Of a stretch of DNA of 37,776 nt, positions 1 to 9,825 are shown one piece after another. Numbering within the stretch: the stretch's first letter is position 1; each line of letters begins with the position of its first letter. The position numbers and the translations under genes were made by a program. The stretch spans positions 1 through 37,776 of the forward strand of contig JAAYGD010000008.1 in NCBI GenBank assembly GCA_012727915.1, written 5' to 3'. Source of the stretch: Mycoplasmatota bacterium. Lineage in GTDB: Bacteria; Bacillota_I; Bacilli_A; RF39; UBA660. Below the pieces are notes generated by a model, which made no database searches, had not been told where the DNA came from, and worked only from the letters and a program-made list of their open reading frames with translations.

Positions 1-1
1 A

Positions 2-139
2 GAAATACCATCAAATGTTAATGCAAAAACTAATGCTATTTCAGAAACACATACTTTTTATGATACTTATAATCCAACAAAACAAGGGGGCGTATATACT
101 GCCCCATCTCAAGAGGGGATATGGACTAAACAACCATAA
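2..139 (+). CDS. 3' end (45 aa, runs off the window start) of a probable BspA/TpLRR-type surface protein
   Basis: Frame 2 reads EIPSNVNAKTNAISETHTFYDTYNPTKQGGVYTAPSQEGIWTKQP*. This aligns by eye with the C-terminus of the LRR protein at 15426-16469 (SISENFYKTYVTNKKEAGTYKSSEQNGTWTKQS). Not in the ORF track. Confidence 0.75.
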   Translation, partial: EIPSNVNAKTNAISETHTFYDTYNPTKQGGVYTAPSQEGIWTKQP

Positions 140-141
140 TA

Positions 142-164
142 AAAACAGGATTTATTCCTGTTTT
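142..164. terminator. Bidirectional intrinsic terminator between convergent genes
   Basis: AAAACAGGA-tttat-TCCTGTTTT inverted repeat, overlapping the stop of the 152-592 gene. Confidence 0.6.
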
Positions 165-592
165 CCTTTACAATTAATACAAGGATTATTATTAATACAA
201 TAATTATCTATATCAATAGTTTCAATATTTAATGTTTTTTTAAGATATTGTTCTAACTTAGTAATTGTATAACAAGATACTGAATTTTTAATGTTTTCCG
301 AATCTCTAATAGCTATTTTTTTGTCTATTTTTAGTACATCTGTAAAGAATATTTGAAGTATACTATCTTTTCTAAGTATATTATTTATATAAGTTTTACC
401 TGTTTCAGTTATTGTTATTTTGTTAGCATAATTGATTAGTTTTAAATTATCTAATGTTTTAAGTGCTCTTACAACACTGGGCTTACTATAATTTAAATGT
501 TTAGAAATATTTGTTATAGTAATTTCATTATTTTTAGATACTTCAAATATAGCTATTAAGTATTCAGTTTGAGAAGGAGTTAATTCTATCAT
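152..592 (-). CDS. DtxR/MntR-family winged-helix transcriptional regulator with Cys-rich C-terminus
   Basis: [13 protein letters not shown]...[19 protein letters not shown]...ITETG is the DtxR wHTH pattern, followed by a dimerisation-domain-like helix set. ATGA overlap with the sufB stop. Cys107, 132, 138, 141. Confidence 0.85.
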   Translation of the reverse strand: MIELTPSQTEYLIAIFEVSKNNEITITNISKHLNYSKPSVVRALKTLDNLKLINYANKITITETGKTYINNILRKDSILQIFFTDVLKIDKKIAIRDSENIKNSVSCYTITKLEQYLKKTLNIETIDIDNYCINNNPCINCKGKQE

Positions 593-1968
593 CCTATTGA
601 GCCCTCCATATTTAGTTTTAATAATTGATTTAATTCTACAGCATATTCCATTGGTAATTCTTTTGTAAAAGGTTCTATAAAACCTAATATAATCATTTCT
701 TTTGCTAATGATTCTGGTATTCCTTTACTCATAATATAAAATAATAGTCTTTCATCAATTTTTGATACTTTAGCTTCATGTTTTATTATAGATGAGTTGT
801 TTTCTATTTTTGAATAAGGAATGGTGTTAGATATTGATTTATTATCTAAAAGTAATGTATCACATTCAACAGAAGTTTTTGAATTAATTGCGTCTTTAGA
901 ATGAATTACTGTTCCTCTATAATTATTTATACCACCATTTTTAGATATAGCTTTTGAAATGATTTTAGAAGATGTGTTGGGCGCTAAATGAATCATTTTT
1001 GCACCTGCATCTTGTATTTGATTGTTAGCAACTGCAATAGATATTGTGGTACCTTTTGAGCCTTCTCCTTTAAGAATTACTGAAGGGTACTTCATGTTAT
1101 ACTTGGATCCCAGATTTCCATCTATCCATTCCATAATAGCGTTTTCTTCGCATATTGCTCTTTTAGTAACTAAATTATAAACATCACTTGACCAATTTTG
1201 TATTGCAGTGTATCTACAATAAGCATTTTTTGCAACAAATATTTCTACTACTGAAGCATGAAGAGAATCATTGGAGTATAGTGGTGCTGTGCAACCTTCT
1301 ATATAGTGTAGTGAAGCTCCTTCATCTACTATAATAATAGTTCTTTCAAATTGTCCAAATTTATTGGAATTCATTCTAAAATATGATTGTAGTGGTTTAT
1401 CTAATTTGATTCCTTTTGGTATATAAATGAAAGACCCACCAGACCATATAGAAGAGTTTAATGCTGCAAATTTGTTATCAGTATAAGGTACTAACATACC
1501 AAAGTATTTTTTAAATAATTCTGGGTGTTTTTTTAATGCTGTATCGGTATCTAAAAATATAACTCCTTTGTCATCTAATTCTTTTTGTATATTATGATAT
1601 ACCATTTCTGATTCATATTGAGTTGCAACTCCTGATAAATATTTAGCTTCTGCTTCTTTTATTCCTAATCTATCAAAAGTATTCTTTATTTTTTCTGGAA
1701 CTTCATCCCAAGAAGTATTAGCTTTTTCTGATGGTTTAATATAATAATTAATATCATCAAAATCAATTTCAATTTGTTCTAATTTTTCCCAATTAGGCAT
1801 TTTTAATTCAATATATTTTTTATATGCTTTAATTCTATATTCTAACATCCAAACTGGTTCTTCTTTTAATTTAGATATTATTTTTATTTTATCTTCATCT
1901 AAACCTTTATCTAGTTTGAATAATCCTATATTTCCATCATTAAATCCATATTTATAATCATAATTCAT
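589..1968 (-). CDS. sufB: Fe-S cluster assembly protein SufB
   Basis: [25 protein letters not shown] and PMEYAVE motifs; in a suf operon. ATG at 1968 chosen over the ORF-track start at 1977. Confidence 0.97.
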   Translation of the reverse strand: MNYDYKYGFNDGNIGLFKLDKGLDEDKIKIISKLKEEPVWMLEYRIKAYKKYIELKMPNWEKLEQIEIDFDDINYYIKPSEKANTSWDEVPEKIKNTFDRLGIKEAEAKYLSGVATQYESEMVYHNIQKELDDKGVIFLDTDTALKKHPELFKKYFGMLVPYTDNKFAALNSSIWSGGSFIYIPKGIKLDKPLQSYFRMNSNKFGQFERTIIIVDEGASLHYIEGCTAPLYSNDSLHASVVEIFVAKNAYCRYTAIQNWSSDVYNLVTKRAICEENAIMEWIDGNLGSKYNMKYPSVILKGEGSKGTTISIAVANNQIQDAGAKMIHLAPNTSSKIISKAISKNGGINNYRGTVIHSKDAINSKTSVECDTLLLDNKSISNTIPYSKIENNSSIIKHEAKVSKIDERLLFYIMSKGIPESLAKEMIILGFIEPFTKELPMEYAVELNQLLKLNMEGSIG

Positions 1969-2392
1969 CTTTATCACCTATAGCTTTCTTAAATGCTTTA
2001 TATGGTAATATCGCACATTTTATTCTAGGTGGTAAATTTTTAATACCTTCAAATGCTATAGCATCTTTAATAATATTTTTATCAAAATCTTTTCCTACTA
2101 GCATATTATTAATATTATTAATAATTATATCTACTTCTTTTAAAGTTTTTCCAATTAATAATTCACTCATAATAGAAGTAGAAGCTTTGCATACAGTACA
2201 TCCATTTACATCGTAAGAAACATCTTTGATAATATCTTTATCAATTAGAACATATATTAATACATCATCGCCACAAGCCGGATTTTTTAAATAAGATTTT
2301 AAATATTCCTGACTATTTATTTCTTTTTTATTTTTTGGATTTTCAATGTGATCTAATATAATGTTTCTATATAAATCATTAGAATAATTCAT
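1958..2392 (-). CDS. sufU: SufU zinc-dependent sulfur-transfer protein
   Basis: [23 protein letters not shown] and RIKCA motifs; lies between sufS and sufB. Confidence 0.95.
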   Translation of the reverse strand: MNYSNDLYRNIILDHIENPKNKKEINSQEYLKSYLKNPACGDDVLIYVLIDKDIIKDVSYDVNGCTVCKASTSIMSELLIGKTLKEVDIIINNINNMLVGKDFDKNIIKDAIAFEGIKNLPPRIKCAILPYKAFKKAIGDKDEL

Positions 2393-3569
2393 TTATATAA
2401 TCACCTGCTTTCATTAAAATTTCAATTAATTTATCTATTTCTTCTTTTGTATTATAAAAAGATAAACTAATTCTTACTGTTGAATCTACTTTTAAATACT
2501 TCATAAAAGGTTCACAACAATGATGACCCGCTCTAACAATAATATTATATTTATCTAAAAGGCTTCCTATATCATGAGAATGTATATTATTAATGTTAAA
2601 TAACACTATTGAACTATCTTCATTTTGTTCATTATATATATTTATATTATATATATTTTGTAATTGTTTAATTAGATATTTTCTTAAATTAACAACATAA
2701 TTATGCATATTAATGATACCAATTTTATTTATATAATCTATGGCTTTCCCTAAACCCAATACAGAAGAAATCATCATAGTTCCTGCTTCGAATTTGTAAG
2801 GAGTATCTTTATATGTAGTATTATCTATAGATACAGAATCTATCATTTCACCACCATATGATATTGGTTCCATATTATCTAATAATTGTTTTTTTCCATA
2901 AAGAATACCAATTCCTGTTGGTCCATACATTTTATGGCCAGAAAAAGCATAGAAATCAACTTCTAAATCTTTAACATCAATTTTAATATTTGAAATTGCT
3001 TGAGCTCCATCCACAATAAATAAAGCATTATATTTATGAATAATATTAGATAATTCTTTAATGTTGTTTGTGGCTCCCATAGTGTTTGATACATGGTTAA
3101 GGGCTACAATTTTTGTGTTAGTATTTATATTATTTTTTAATAGAGAAGGGGATATTGTTCCATTTTTTTCTACATCTAATACAATTAATTTAGCTTTTTT
3201 TCTTTTACATAATTTTTGCCAAGGAACAAAATTTGAATGATGTTCTATTATTGAAATTATAATTTCATCGTTTTCATTTATAATATCTTCTAAGAAATAA
3301 GCAAGTAGGTTAATACTATCAGTAGTTCCTCTAGTAAATACAATTTCATTATTATTAGCGTTAATAAAATTAGCAACTTTATTTCTTACTTCTTCATATT
3401 TGTTAGTAGAATAATATGATAAACTATCTATTCCTCTATTAATGTTAGAATTATATTTAGTATAATAATCATTTATTTCATTTATAACTTCAATAGGTTT
3501 AAATGAAGTTGCAGCATTATTAAAATATATGTATTTTTCTTTTAACATTGGAAAATCTTCTCGATTCAT
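2379..3569 (-). CDS. sufS: SufS class II cysteine desulfurase
   Basis: REDFP, NAATS, EHHSN, DGAQ, FSGHKMYGPTGIG (PLP lysine) and RAGHHC (catalytic Cys). Confidence 0.97.
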   Translation of the reverse strand: MNREDFPMLKEKYIYFNNAATSFKPIEVINEINDYYTKYNSNINRGIDSLSYYSTNKYEEVRNKVANFINANNNEIVFTRGTTDSINLLAYFLEDIINENDEIIISIIEHHSNFVPWQKLCKRKKAKLIVLDVEKNGTISPSLLKNNINTNTKIVALNHVSNTMGATNNIKELSNIIHKYNALFIVDGAQAISNIKIDVKDLEVDFYAFSGHKMYGPTGIGILYGKKQLLDNMEPISYGGEMIDSVSIDNTTYKDTPYKFEAGTMMISSVLGLGKAIDYINKIGIINMHNYVVNLRKYLIKQLQNIYNINIYNEQNEDSSIVLFNINNIHSHDIGSLLDKYNIIVRAGHHCCEPFMKYLKVDSTVRISLSFYNTKEEIDKLIEILMKAGDYINELF

Positions 3570-4303
3570 ATATACCTCACAATCATTTTTTCAATTATTT
3601 CTTTTTTTTCAATAGGAGTATCTTTTAAAAGAAAATTTAATGCATACATTCTATTTGCTTCTTCTTTACTTATTCCTTTACTCATCAAATAATATAAATC
3701 TCTATCATTAAGTTTAGAAACACTAGATGAATGTTTTGCAAAAACATTATTTTCATCTATAAAAAGAATAGGAGACATTTCTACTTTTGAATTATTATCA
3801 AATATTATTGCTTCGATATTTTGATTTGAATTGGAATTTATAGAATCGTTTTTAATATTACTTTTAATATTCATTAAACAATTTGAATTGTTATTTAAAA
3901 TAGTTCTATTAATAATAATAGAATTAGTATTGTTGTTTAGATGATTTACAAGAGTATTGTGAGTACTTATATTATTGTTAGATAAATTAATTAATGAAAA
4001 GTTAGAATTGCTATTTTTACCAATTAAATTTATATTAATATCTGTAGTACTCTTTTTATTAAATAAACCAAAGAATAATTTTACTGATGAATTATCATCT
4101 ACATTTATTGTTAAATTTAATTTAATATTATGAATAGTAATTAAATAGATATTACTTTTTATATTTTTTTCTAAGGTTATGTTTAAATTTAAATTTAAGT
4201 ATTTTATAATATCTAATTCTAAATCTACATTTTTATTTATTATTATTTCTTTATCTAAGACTTTATCTATCTTTAAATTAGTATTATCGCTAATCTCTAT
4301 CAT
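3566..4303 (-). CDS. sufD: SufD (short, 245 aa)
   Basis: C-terminal PILFIDENNVFAKHSSSV...LYYLMSKGI pattern; lies between sufC and sufS. Confidence 0.88.
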   Translation of the reverse strand: MIEISDNTNLKIDKVLDKEIIINKNVDLELDIIKYLNLNLNITLEKNIKSNIYLITIHNIKLNLTINVDDNSSVKLFFGLFNKKSTTDININLIGKNSNSNFSLINLSNNNISTHNTLVNHLNNNTNSIIINRTILNNNSNCLMNIKSNIKNDSINSNSNQNIEAIIFDNNSKVEMSPILFIDENNVFAKHSSSVSKLNDRDLYYLMSKGISKEEANRMYALNFLLKDTPIEKKEIIEKMIVRYI

Positions 4304-5025
4304 GATTTATAACCTTCTTTTTCTATCTTTTCTGCTAAAGAATTATCACCAGATTGAGTAATTCTACCATTATCAATAACATGTACATGAGTTGGTTTTA
4401 AATATTTTAAAATATTAGTATGATGAGTAATTATTAAAAAAGATATTTCATCATTATTCTCATAGTATTCTTTTAAAGTTTTACCAACAGTTTTAACTGC
4501 ATCTACATCTAAACCAGAATCTATTTCATCTAAAATAATTAGTTTTGGTTTAAACATTAGTATTTGCGCAATTTCATTTTTCTTTTTTTCACCACCACTA
4601 AAACCTACATTAACATCTCTTTTAATATAGTCATCTTTTAGATTTAATTTATCTTTTGTATTTTCAATTAATTTATATAATTCTATTGTATTAATTTTTT
4701 CTTTATTTCTAGAGTTTATAGCGTTTTTAATAAAATCAAGATTAGAAATTCCATCTAATTCGTTAGGATATTGCATTGCAAGAAACATACCTTTTCTAGC
4801 TCTTTCATCAACTGTCATTTTAATTAAATCTTCATTATTAAAATAAATGGATCCATTTAATATTTCATATCTAGGATCTCCCATTAATGTGTTTGCAAGG
4901 GTACTTTTACCAATACCATTTTTCCCCATAACTGCATGAATTTCTTTATTGTTTATATTTAAACTGATATTGTTTAATATTTCTTTTCCATCAGTTTTTA
5001 CTTTTAAATTTTTTATTGTAAGCAT
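4300..5025 (-). CDS. sufC: SufC ABC-type ATPase
   Basis: MGKNGIGKST Walker A, FLAMQYP, NVGFSGGEKK, LDEIDSGLD and ITH. The ATG at 5025 has an AGGAGG RBS. Confidence 0.96.
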   Translation of the reverse strand: MLTIKNLKVKTDGKEILNNISLNINNKEIHAVMGKNGIGKSTLANTLMGDPRYEILNGSIYFNNEDLIKMTVDERARKGMFLAMQYPNELDGISNLDFIKNAINSRNKEKINTIELYKLIENTKDKLNLKDDYIKRDVNVGFSGGEKKKNEIAQILMFKPKLIILDEIDSGLDVDAVKTVGKTLKEYYENNDEISFLIITHHTNILKYLKPTHVHVIDNGRITQSGDNSLAEKIEKEGYKS

Positions 5026-5036
5026 AATTATCCTCC

Positions 5037-5054
5037 TGTTAGCAGACGCTAACA
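5037..5054. promoter_or_regulatory. Palindromic operator at the suf transcription start (DtxR-family-like box)
   Basis: TGTTAGC-agac-GCTAACA with perfect 7-bp arms, between the -10 and the sufC RBS. Confidence 0.65.
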
Positions 5055-5059
5055 AAACA

Positions 5060-5088
5060 ATTATATTATATAAATCAAAAATATGCAA
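5060..5088 (-). promoter_or_regulatory. SigA promoter of the suf operon
   Basis: Minus strand TTGCAT (5088-5083), 17-nt spacer, TATAAT (5065-5060). Confidence 0.65.
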
Positions 5089-5101
5089 CAATAAATGTTT
5101 G

Positions 5102-5110
5102 TGATATAAT
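5102..5110 (+). promoter_or_regulatory. Extended -10 promoter
   Basis: TGATATAAT upstream of an AGGAGG RBS and the ATG at 5129. Confidence 0.55.
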
Positions 5111-5128
5111 TATTTTTAGGAGGTTTTT

Positions 5129-5830
5129 ATGTTTCAACATAAACTTGATTATGATAGGTTAAAGAATGATTTTGAAAAAAGTTTTGAAAAAAATGAAAAG
5201 AAGGCATTAGATGATTCTTTGCTTTTTAATAGTAATTTTATTGATAACTTAATTTATTTACTTAAAGAAGAAATAAGTGTTATTGATAGATATTATTATG
5301 ATTTTTCTTTGTTTTTAGGAAACAAAGATATTACTGGACATGAAATATATGATTTTTATCATAGATATTTTTCTAATGATATTGCAAATGAAGAAAAAGA
5401 AAAAATTAATGAAGGAAATTCGAATGTTGAAATTGCGTATATTTATTATGTTGAAGATGGTTATAAGATAGTTCCGGAAACCGAAGCATCTGAAGATGTA
5501 AAAAATAATATTTGTGATGATTGGGGAGACAATTGTTCTTTATTAATATTGATAAATAAAAAAATAATGGAACAAAAACATGGTTTAACTTTGTCATTAG
5601 TGGAATTAAGTACTTTACCTTACTATAGATCTAAAGAAGAATATATAGGAGAATTATTAAAGTATGATTTAAATGATGATATATTATCTTATAATAATGA
5701 AGAAACTAAGAGATATTTTGTTGAAGTAATAAAAGAATATTCTAATAAAAACGGGAATAATTTGAATGATTTATTAGAAGATGTAATGATTAATGATAAA
5801 CCAATAAAATATAGTTTAGAAAGGCATTGA
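5129..5830 (+). CDS. Hypothetical acidic cytoplasmic protein
   Basis: 233-aa ORF with RBS, promoter and terminator; no recognisable motif. Confidence 0.75.
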   Translation: MFQHKLDYDRLKNDFEKSFEKNEKKALDDSLLFNSNFIDNLIYLLKEEISVIDRYYYDFSLFLGNKDITGHEIYDFYHRYFSNDIANEEKEKINEGNSNVEIAYIYYVEDGYKIVPETEASEDVKNNICDDWGDNCSLLILINKKIMEQKHGLTLSLVELSTLPYYRSKEEYIGELLKYDLNDDILSYNNEETKRYFVEVIKEYSNKNGNNLNDLLEDVMINDKPIKYSLERH

Positions 5831-5846
5831 AAAATGCTTTTTTTTC
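5821..5846 (+). terminator. Intrinsic terminator
   Basis: AAGGCATT-gaaa-AATGCTTT followed by a T run. Confidence 0.65.
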
Positions 5847-5899
5847 TTTATAAAATATACTTTATTGTGGTATAATAAACTTGTTTTAGGAGGTCTTTT

Positions 5900-6607
5900 A
5901 TGGCAGTAATATATAAATTAGTTAATGTTAGTAAAATTTATAAAAGAAAAAATTTTGAGACCAGAGCATTAGATGATATAAATTTAGACATTAATGAAGG
6001 TGAAGTTATAGTCATAGTAGGACCATCAGGTAGTGGAAAAAGCACCTTATTAAACGTATTATCATGTGTTGATAATGTTACAAATGGAGAAATTTATTAT
6101 AAAGATATGAATATATGTTTATTTAATGAAAAGAGTAAAGTTGAATATATTAGAGAAGTACCTGGATTTATTTTTCAATCTTATAATTTAATTCCCAATT
6201 TAATTGCAAAAGAAAATATAGAATTAGCTTCTCATATTTCGAAAGCTCCATTAGATGTTAAAGATATTATAAAATTAGTGGGTTTAAATGAACATAAATA
6301 TAAGTTTCCTTTTCAAATGAGTGGGGGGCAATTACAAAGGGTATCTATTGCTAGAGCATTGGTTAAAAATCCTAGGGTTTTATTTTGTGATGAACCAACT
6401 GGAGCTTTAGATGAAAAGATGGGTAAACAAATATTAAAATTATTACAAAAGATAAATAAACAATATAAGAACACTTTAATAATAGTAACTCATAATCCTA
6501 GTATTGGAGATATTGCAAATACCGTTATTACTATGAAAAATGGGAAAATTGATAATATCAAAAGAAATGAAAAAACAAAAAAAGCTGATGAAATAGGGTG
6601 GGCATAA
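5900..6607 (+). CDS. ABC transporter ATP-binding protein (LolD/MacB-NBD family)
   Basis: GPSGSGKST, FIFQSYNL, MSGGQLQR, FCDEPTGALD and VTH. TGGTATAAT promoter at 5868-5876 and an AGGAGG RBS. Confidence 0.95.
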   Translation: MAVIYKLVNVSKIYKRKNFETRALDDINLDINEGEVIVIVGPSGSGKSTLLNVLSCVDNVTNGEIYYKDMNICLFNEKSKVEYIREVPGFIFQSYNLIPNLIAKENIELASHISKAPLDVKDIIKLVGLNEHKYKFPFQMSGGQLQRVSIARALVKNPRVLFCDEPTGALDEKMGKQILKLLQKINKQYKNTLIIVTHNPSIGDIANTVITMKNGKIDNIKRNEKTKKADEIGWA

Positions 6608-9084
6608 TGAAGTTATTATTTATAAATTCATTTTCAAGTATTAGAAAGAAAAAATTACAAATAATAGGAATAATCCTTTTAGTGTTTTTATCTACTAGTA
6701 TTTATACGATGATGAATATGGCAGTAGATAGAATGGAAGGAGCTTATACTAATTATATTAATGAACAAAATGTTGAAGATTTAAGTTTAACTATTGATAT
6801 TGATTATAGAAATAGTTATACATATTCTGATGTTTTGAATATAAAGGGTAATATAGAGACTGATGATAATGAACAATATATTATTAATTTATATTTAATG
6901 TGTTTAGCAAGTAGAAATTGTACAGATGATTTTCTTAAACAAGTAGATAGAGTATTTGAAAAATATGATTTAAATAAATCAAAGAAACAAGAAGTATTAG
7001 AAGATATTGCAAGAAAATATAATTTTTATTATGAGGAAACAAGAAGTAAATTGGGTCAAAATAATGATTATATTTATAGAGTTATGCCTTATATTAAAAA
7101 TAAGAAAATCAATAAACCTTTTTTAATAAAAGGAAAGTTTCCAACCGCAAATAATGAAGTAACTATTTTAGATGGATATGCTAAAAAAAATAATTTGAAA
7201 ATTGGAAGTAAGATAAATTTAAGTGATAAGGAATATACAATAGTTGGTTATGCATATGCATCTGATTATATGTATCCTATAATTAATATTTCTTCTCCTA
7301 TGTTTGATGAACAAAAACATAATATAGTTTTTATGCACTCTGATGAATATAAAAATTTTAATGGTGTTGAAGAAATAGCTAATAGTATTAAATTTAAAAA
7401 AGAAAATAGAACAGATGAAATTGTTGAAAAAGAAAAAAAAGCATATCTTTCTATGAATGATATGTTAAGAATAGTAAGAAATAAATCTCCCAAATTAAAG
7501 TTTGAAAATGGAAGAATTTTTACTGAGAGTTTCTTATATTTATTATTGGGAGTATCCGCTATAATAATATTAGTAATAGCTAAGAAGAGAATAGATGATG
7601 AAAGATTACAAATTGGTGTATTAAAAGCTTTAGGCTATAATAGATCTTCTATAGCGTTATCTTATTTACTATATCCATTAATAGGTGGTTTAGTTGGTGG
7701 AATATTAGGTTTTACTTTTGGATATTTTATGCATCCTACAATGACAAGTTTATTTATTAGTTATTACAATGTTCCTACTTTAAAAGCTACTTTTGATACC
7801 TCATATTTATTAAAAAGTACATTAATTCCAACAGTTGTCTTATCTATATTGACTTTCTTTATATTCTTATTTATGTTGAGACATAAAGCATTATATTTGT
7901 TGAGAGAAGGAAGTAATATTAAGGTTAATTTTATAAGCAGAATAATATCAAGAATTACTATGATTTTACCTTTTAAAGAAAGATTAAGAATTTCTTTAGC
8001 AAATAGATCTATAGGTAAATTGTTTATAGTGTCATTATCTTCATTTTTAACAGGTTTACTTATAGTATTAGTTTTAGTGGTATTTGATTTGTTTTCATTT
8101 ATTATAGATAAAAGCTTTAAAGATGTTAAATATGATTATGTAGTCAATTATTTGAAACCAGAAACAACAATTAATTTAGTTGATGATTTAGTTTTAACTA
8201 GAGGATATGAAATATCTAAAGTTTATGATAGTAATGATGATTTAAAAGATTTAAAGGAAAGAAAAAAAGATTCTAATAATTCTATTACAATTGAAGGAAT
8301 AGATAAAGAATTAAAATATTTTTATTTGTATGATGAAAATAATAATAAACTTAATACAGATTTAAGTGAAGATAAAATAATAATTAATACTAATATGTCT
8401 AAGATTCTTGGTTTAGAAATTGGGGATAAAATTATATTTAAAAATTTAGATAGAAAATATACGATTGTCAATATTACTGAATCATTCAATGGTTTTTCTG
8501 CATATGTAGATAGGGAAGATTTTGCAAAAGCTATGTCATTAAAATTATCTTATAATAAAATATATTCTAAAGATAGTAAATATTCTGATTATTCTAAAAT
8601 TGAAAATGAAGAAATTATGAATATAGCTAGTATATTTAGTACTAAAGATTTAAAGAGAAATATGGGTACTATTTTAGAAACTTATGATATATCTTTATAT
8701 GTAGTAATGGTATTTGCCGCAATAATGGTATTTGTTATAGTTTTAATTATTGCTAATATTGTTATTGAAGAAAACAAAAAAACTATATCATTAATGAGAG
8801 TATTAGGGTATAAGAAAAAAGAAATAAATTCGATAGTATTAAATATGTATACTCCATTTATTATAATATCTTATATATTATCTATACCTGCTATGATATA
8901 TTTGTTAGAAAAAATTGTTGAAATATTAATGAAAGATATTGATTTTGCTCTTCCTATTACTATTTCTTATATTAAAGCATTTATTGGTTTATTAATATTA
9001 CTTGTTGGATATTATTTAGCAATGTATATTTCAAAAAGAACATTAAAAAGGATACCTTTATCGGTAGCATTAAAGAGGGAGTAA
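6607..9084 (+). CDS. FtsX/MacB-like (type VII) ABC permease with two permease repeats
   Basis: Two FtsX-type segments (DERLQIGVLKALGY; ENKKTISLMRVLGY) and two large extracellular loops. The TAATG overlap with the upstream ATPase favours the ATG at 6607. Confidence 0.92.
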   Translation: MKLLFINSFSSIRKKKLQIIGIILLVFLSTSIYTMMNMAVDRMEGAYTNYINEQNVEDLSLTIDIDYRNSYTYSDVLNIKGNIETDDNEQYIINLYLMCLASRNCTDDFLKQVDRVFEKYDLNKSKKQEVLEDIARKYNFYYEETRSKLGQNNDYIYRVMPYIKNKKINKPFLIKGKFPTANNEVTILDGYAKKNNLKIGSKINLSDKEYTIVGYAYASDYMYPIINISSPMFDEQKHNIVFMHSDEYKNFNGVEEIANSIKFKKENRTDEIVEKEKKAYLSMNDMLRIVRNKSPKLKFENGRIFTESFLYLLLGVSAIIILVIAKKRIDDERLQIGVLKALGYNRSSIALSYLLYPLIGGLVGGILGFTFGYFMHPTMTSLFISYYNVPTLKATFDTSYLLKSTLIPTVVLSILTFFIFLFMLRHKALYLLREGSNIKVNFISRIISRITMILPFKERLRISLANRSIGKLFIVSLSSFLTGLLIVLVLVVFDLFSFIIDKSFKDVKYDYVVNYLKPETTINLVDDLVLTRGYEISKVYDSNDDLKDLKERKKDSNNSITIEGIDKELKYFYLYDENNNKLNTDLSEDKIIINTNMSKILGLEIGDKIIFKNLDRKYTIVNITESFNGFSAYVDREDFAKAMSLKLSYNKIYSKDSKYSDYSKIENEEIMNIASIFSTKDLKRNMGTILETYDISLYVVMVFAAIMVFVIVLIIANIVIEENKKTISLMRVLGYKKKEINSIVLNMYTPFIIISYILSIPAMIYLLEKIVEILMKDIDFALPITISYIKAFIGLLILLVGYYLAMYISKRTLKRIPLSVALKRE

Positions 9085-9086
9085 AT

Positions 9087-9791
9087 ATGAAAAAATATAT
9101 AGAATTAAGTAATGTTTATAGAACTTATAAAAACGGAAAATTAAGAAATAATGTATTAAATAAAGTTAATTTGGTTATTAATAAAGGGGAAATAATTGTT
9201 ATTATAGGGCCATCTGGTAGTGGAAAGACTACATTGTTAAATTGCATCTCGGGATTAGATAAACCTACTAAAGGAAAGATTAAAGTGGGAAAAGATATTA
9301 TTACTAGATTTGATGAGAAAGCTTTAACAAAATTTAGAAGAAAAAAATTAGGATTTATTTTTCAAACATATAATTTATTAGAAAACCTAAATGTAAAGCA
9401 AAATATTGAAATAGGAAGTAAATTAGTTAGAAATAAAGTTGATATAAATAAAATAATTGAAATTGTAGATTTATCTAAACATATTACTAAGAATATAGAT
9501 GAATTATCTGGTGGTGAACAACAAAGAGTTAGTATTGCTAGAGCATTAGCAAAGAAACCTGAAATAATGTTTTGTGATGAACCAACTGGAGCTTTAGATG
9601 AAGATACAGGAAAAAAGATATTAAGAGCTTTAGTTGACGCTAATAATGAATATGGTACAACTATGATTATCGTTACACATAATCCCGGTATATCAAAAAT
9701 AGGAGACAGAATAATAAAAATGAATAGTGGTTCAATAATAGAAGATGTAAACAATAAAAGAGTTAAACCAGAAAACATTGTATGGGGATAA
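9087..9791 (+). CDS. Second ABC transporter ATP-binding protein (LolD/MacB-NBD family)
   Basis: GPSGSGKTT, FIFQTYNL, LSGGEQQR, FCDEPTGALD and VTH. Confidence 0.95.
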   Translation: MKKYIELSNVYRTYKNGKLRNNVLNKVNLVINKGEIIVIIGPSGSGKTTLLNCISGLDKPTKGKIKVGKDIITRFDEKALTKFRRKKLGFIFQTYNLLENLNVKQNIEIGSKLVRNKVDINKIIEIVDLSKHITKNIDELSGGEQQRVSIARALAKKPEIMFCDEPTGALDEDTGKKILRALVDANNEYGTTMIIVTHNPGISKIGDRIIKMNSGSIIEDVNNKRVKPENIVWG

Positions 9792-9825
9792 AAATATAGT
9801 ATAATTATAATAGTGAGGTGAATTA

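Noticed and set aside
15..203. ORF-track 62-aa + strand ORF
   Set aside because: Wrong frame. The frame starting at base 2 gives an LRR-family tail, and this ORF runs through the terminator into the opposite gene.
1958..1960. Possible genetic code 4 (TGA=Trp) given the Mollicute-like composition
   Set aside because: TGA ends genes at expected positions (sufU, sufB, nfo), and conserved Trp residues checked use TGG.
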